DNA of 64,000 nt from an uncultured Chthonomonadaceae bacterium (GTDB lineage: Bacteria > Armatimonadota > Chthonomonadetes > Chthonomonadales > Chthonomonadaceae), in NCBI GenBank assembly GCA_963835065.1, contig CAWIEK010000041.1, positions 128,001-192,000 on the forward strand. Reading direction: 5' to 3'. Made by a program: the position numbers and the translations under genes. This document shows positions 60,876 through 64,000 of this stretch, in pieces (positions within the stretch are counted from its first letter, which is position 1; each line of letters opens with the position of its first letter). The notes under the pieces were generated by a model. The model worked only from the letters and a program-made list of their open reading frames with translations, was not told the origin of the DNA and made no database searches.

Positions 60876-61988
60876 TCATCCTTTGTTTTCCCCTACATGT
60901 ACTAAAGCCGCAGCGGGGTTCGCTCGGCGGGTGTCGCGGACTTCCAGGCCAATGCGGGTTTGCAGGGCGTTGTAGTTGTTGTAGTTGCGGCGCGAAGCGG
61001 GGTCGTAAAAGGCGGGGCGAGTGAGGACAACCAGCAGGAACCGCTCGAAGCTGTCAATCTCGTCAATGAAGCGGCGAAGCAGGGCCAGCATCTGCATGTA
61101 GGCCGCGTCGCTGTACGTCACGGTCGGTTCCTGTCCGACTTCCGCCCGCAATGCCGCCAGTTCCTGCGCGGTTGCGCCGCGCGCCAGCGCCTCGTCTATA
61201 CGGCGTAATTGCTCGGCCAATCGCTGAGTGGTCGGGATTTTCTTGTGTTCGTAGGGGCGAAAGTCCAGCGTCACGACAAGCCCGTTGTGCCCGGTGCGCG
61301 GCAGCCAGCGACAGAAGGAAACCAGCATGGAACGCGCGTTCGCCAGGCTGATACGCTCATAAATCTGTACCCGCTTGAGCGCGTTGGCCGCGCCGGGCAT
61401 GGTTTTGCCCGCAAACCATTTGAGCAGCACTTCTTCCGTTGTCGGCGAAACCGCGTCAGGCACAAGCTGCGCCCGTCCCAATGCCGTAACCGCCGTACGA
61501 AATTCCAGCGACATGGCGTGGTCGCGCAGTTGCGTGGTGGCGAATTCGCGTTGGTACTGGTTCAGCAAATCCTGCGAATTGCGGTCGTTGTCCTGCGCGA
61601 TGCCATCCAGGTCGTCGAGTTGCCGATGGGCGGCAACATAGATACCGCGCTCTTCCAGATACCGCCGCGCCTGCTCCCGCGCCCACGCTTTCCAATCTAC
61701 ATTCGATGTAACCTCAAAAAAGAAGCGGTCAATGCGGTGCAGCTCTTTGCGCTTACCGCCCGCTTCCAGTTTCGCCGGGTCCAAGAGAACGTAATAGTAG
61801 TTTTCCTCGCGCGCCCGCTCCCGCATCCGCTCCTGCACATAGCTCAAATGCGCGTCACTGCCGCTGACCACTTTCACGGACGAGCCGCCGGACTTGATGT
61901 AATCCAGCAGGCACTCCTGATCCAACGCCCGCAGCAGTTCGTCCGGCGCCACCAGCAGCCGCGCGTTCAGAGCCTCCGTTGTCAGCAT
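60876..61988 (-). CDS. DUF2791/BrxD-like protein with degenerate Walker motifs
   Basis: LDYIKSGGSSVKVVSG without GKT/S, LLKWFAG, ERISLANARSMLVS, G.NGLVVTLD(F), LRRFIDEID, YNALQTRI; GGAGG RBS. Confidence 0.72.
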   Translation of the reverse strand: MLTTEALNARLLVAPDELLRALDQECLLDYIKSGGSSVKVVSGSDAHLSYVQERMRERAREENYYYVLLDPAKLEAGGKRKELHRIDRFFFEVTSNVDWKAWAREQARRYLEERGIYVAAHRQLDDLDGIAQDNDRNSQDLLNQYQREFATTQLRDHAMSLEFRTAVTALGRAQLVPDAVSPTTEEVLLKWFAGKTMPGAANALKRVQIYERISLANARSMLVSFCRWLPRTGHNGLVVTLDFRPYEHKKIPTTQRLAEQLRRIDEALARGATAQELAALRAEVGQEPTVTYSDAAYMQMLALLRRFIDEIDSFERFLLVVLTRPAFYDPASRRNYNNYNALQTRIGLEVRDTRRANPAAALVHVGENKG

Positions 61989-62104
61989 GGAAACCTCCAA
62001 TAAAAGTGATGAGTGATGAATGATGAGTAAGAAGCCCAGGTTGAACGTATAGCCTCATCTTGTGAGTTGAATTACATTCATCATTCATCATTCATCATTT
62101 GCAC

Positions 62105-62860
62105 TTACAGAAACCGAATGCCATAGTAGAGTATAGGGCGGCCATCTTCGGAAATCACGCTGAAAAGGTCTCGCTCTTTGACGTTTCCGGCAGGATAAAC
62201 AATCTCGAATTTACGCCCGGAGCGGGTCACGCGGAGTTCGGAGCGGTGCATGGCGTAAATGGCCTGCCCGAACGCGGCGGGCGGGTTTTCCTTTTTCCAG
62301 CCGGGTGTGAGGCTGAACAGATCGTAAACGTCGCGGAATCTTACAAAAGGCTGATCGCCTTTATCCAGGCGTTGGGCAACGGACAAAAGGCTATCGAGAA
62401 ATTCCTGCGAGTTGGCGGATTGCGCCCGGTCACGCAGGCGTTTGAGTTCCGCGGCGACAATTTGCGGGCGGAGGGCGGGCCAGTTCACTTTCCCGATTTG
62501 CAGGACGCCCCTGGCCCCGGATGCGCGAATGACGACCGGCGAAGAGACCAGCGTTTCCCCTTCTTCCAACACGCGCAGGCCGAATTTGTCCGACGCAGTG
62601 GCTTGCAATTCGCGCCGCCATTCCTCGCTTTCCAGATAGGTTCGCGCATCAAATGTCCAATTTTGCGCGGCGGCCTGCGTGGGTGCGGTCAGCGAGGGAG
62701 CCAGTTCGCCCGCCTGTGTCATCGCCTTTTGCATATTGCCGACATGCCCGATTTGACAGGCTTTTTTCCACGTTTTCAGCGTCCCGACATACCGATTGGC
62801 GGCTTTGAGCAGGTCATCTACCTGCGCTTCCTGCGCCCGCAATTCTTCTTCCAGCGTCAC
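62105..62860 (-). CDS. Hypothetical protein heading the ATPase/SNF2 operon
   Basis: 251 aa with GAGGAG RBS before GTG; helical N-terminus; possible wHTH-like C-terminus (FVRFRDVYDLFSL...FGQAIYAM). Confidence 0.8.
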   Translation of the reverse strand: MTLEEELRAQEAQVDDLLKAANRYVGTLKTWKKACQIGHVGNMQKAMTQAGELAPSLTAPTQAAAQNWTFDARTYLESEEWRRELQATASDKFGLRVLEEGETLVSSPVVIRASGARGVLQIGKVNWPALRPQIVAAELKRLRDRAQSANSQEFLDSLLSVAQRLDKGDQPFVRFRDVYDLFSLTPGWKKENPPAAFGQAIYAMHRSELRVTRSGRKFEIVYPAGNVKERDLFSVISEDGRPILYYGIRFL

Positions 62861-62876
62861 TCACATTCTCCTCTCA

Positions 62877-64000
62877 TTATCGCTTATCGCTTTCTACTGC
62901 TGCACGATGTTCACCGTTCCGCGAGGGTTTTCCTGCTCCTGTTGAAAAAATTACCAGTGAAAGCGCGAGCAAGCCAAGCCCGACTGCGCATACGCCGTGC
63001 CAGCCAAAGCGATGCCAGGCTTGCGCGCCGAGAGACGTGCCGACAACGCCGCCTATGAAGTACGACACCATGTAAACGGTGTTCAGGCGGCTGCGGGCTT
63101 CGGGAAGCAGGGCGTAAATGCGCGTCTGGTTGGAAACATGCGCGGATTGGACACCGAAGTCCATGACAATCACGCCCACAATCAATCCCCATAGTTGATA
63201 GCCGAACAGCCAGAACAGGCCATAACTTGCCAGCGTCAGCCATAAGGCGATTGCCAACGTCAGGCGCGGGCTGCGGCGGTCCGCAATGCGTCCCATCAGG
63301 GGCGCAGCCGCCGCGCCGACCACGCCCACCAATCCGAACAAGCCCGCTCCCTCGCCCGCATGGGCATAATGGTACGGCGCACCCTCCAGCAGAAACACCA
63401 GCGAATTCCAAAACGCGCTGAACGCGCCGAACGACAGCGCGCCGATTAAAGCGGCTTCGCGCAAAACAGGCTGTTCGCGGATGAGAACAAGGAGTGAGCC
63501 GAATATCTGCGGGTACGTCATTTGCGCTGAAGGAAGGGAGCGGGGCAGCGCGCGCCACAAAATCAATGCCAGCGCGATCATAAACCCGCTTGCGAGGCCG
63601 TACATCGCGCGCCAGCCAAATTGGTCGCCGATATGCCCGCTAACCGTTCGCGCCAGCAAAATGCCGATCAGCAGGCCACCCAACACGCTGCCCACTGCCC
63701 GCCCGCGCTCTTCGGGACGCGCCAACTGCGCGGCGAACGGCAATATCAGGTGCGGAACCACGCTCACCAGCCCAATCACCAGACTGGCCGCCACCATCCA
63801 CCCCAAACTGGGCGCAACCGATGCCACGCCCAATGCCAGTGTCGCCAGCGTCAGCAGGCGCAAAATCAGCCGCTTGCGTTCCCAAATGTCGCCCATCGGC
63901 ACGAACAGCAGCATACCTACCGCGCAGCCTGCCTGCGTCAGCACGGGAATAGACGATACCTGCGGCGTTGTTATGCGAAAATCGCGCTGCATCTGCGCAA
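62877..64000 (-). CDS. MFS transporter (5'-partial)
   Basis: PMGDIWERKRL, ERGRAVG, GILLARTVSG, FGWR, ARSRLNTVYM. Confidence 0.93.
   Translation of the reverse strand, partial: AQMQRDFRITTPQVSSIPVLTQAGCAVGMLLFVPMGDIWERKRLILRLLTLATLALGVASVAPSLGWMVAASLVIGLVSVVPHLILPFAAQLARPEERGRAVGSVLGGLLIGILLARTVSGHIGDQFGWRAMYGLASGFMIALALILWRALPRSLPSAQMTYPQIFGSLLVLIREQPVLREAALIGALSFGAFSAFWNSLVFLLEGAPYHYAHAGEGAGLFGLVGVVGAAAAPLMGRIADRRSPRLTLAIALWLTLASYGLFWLFGYQLWGLIVGVIVMDFGVQSAHVSNQTRIYALLPEARSRLNTVYMVSYFIGGVVGTSLGAQAWHRFGWHGVCAVGLGLLALSLVIFSTGAGKPSRNGEHRAAVESDKR

Noticed and set aside
55492..62860. Canonical BREX or Shango system
   Set aside because: No pglX/pglZ/brxC/pglW and no TerB-domain gene in the operon, and the helicase is SNF2 type.
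1..64000. tRNA, rRNA, integrase or prophage genes
   Set aside because: None recognised by eye; a covariance-model scan was not possible.

Overview
This is a 64 kb, moderately GC-rich bacterial chromosomal segment. It probably comes from Armatimonadota or a similar lineage, inferred only from gene content (DUF1559/H-X9-DG proteins, PSCyt/DUF1553 proteins, copper-amine-oxidase N-domain proteins). Housekeeping content: truB-ribF, a sugar ABC transporter, an ECF sigma factor, a GCS2 / M29 peptidase / ATP-grasp cluster, an S9 peptidase, glgP, mscL and an MFS transporter. Accessory content: an IS5-family element abutting a 93-bp MITE, an ISAzo13-family element, an imperfect 5.1-kb tandem duplication (PRTase-like gene, glgP, hypothetical), toxin-antitoxin genes and remnants, and many heptamer and REP-like repeats. 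The best candidate for an undescribed system is a minus-strand operon at 55.5-62.9 kb: hypothetical, motif-dead DUF2791/BrxD-like ATPase, intact DUF2791/BrxD-like ATPase, hypothetical, SNF2 helicase. It is interrupted by a 1.6-kb cassette bounded by a 33-bp duplication of the ATPase 3' end. That cassette carries a MazF-type TA pair and a TOPRIM-like gene broken by a CRISPR-like 33-34-33 bp repeat-spacer-repeat. About a dozen single-base frameshifts suggest residual long-read errors. All family calls come from reading motifs by eye; no database searches were run.
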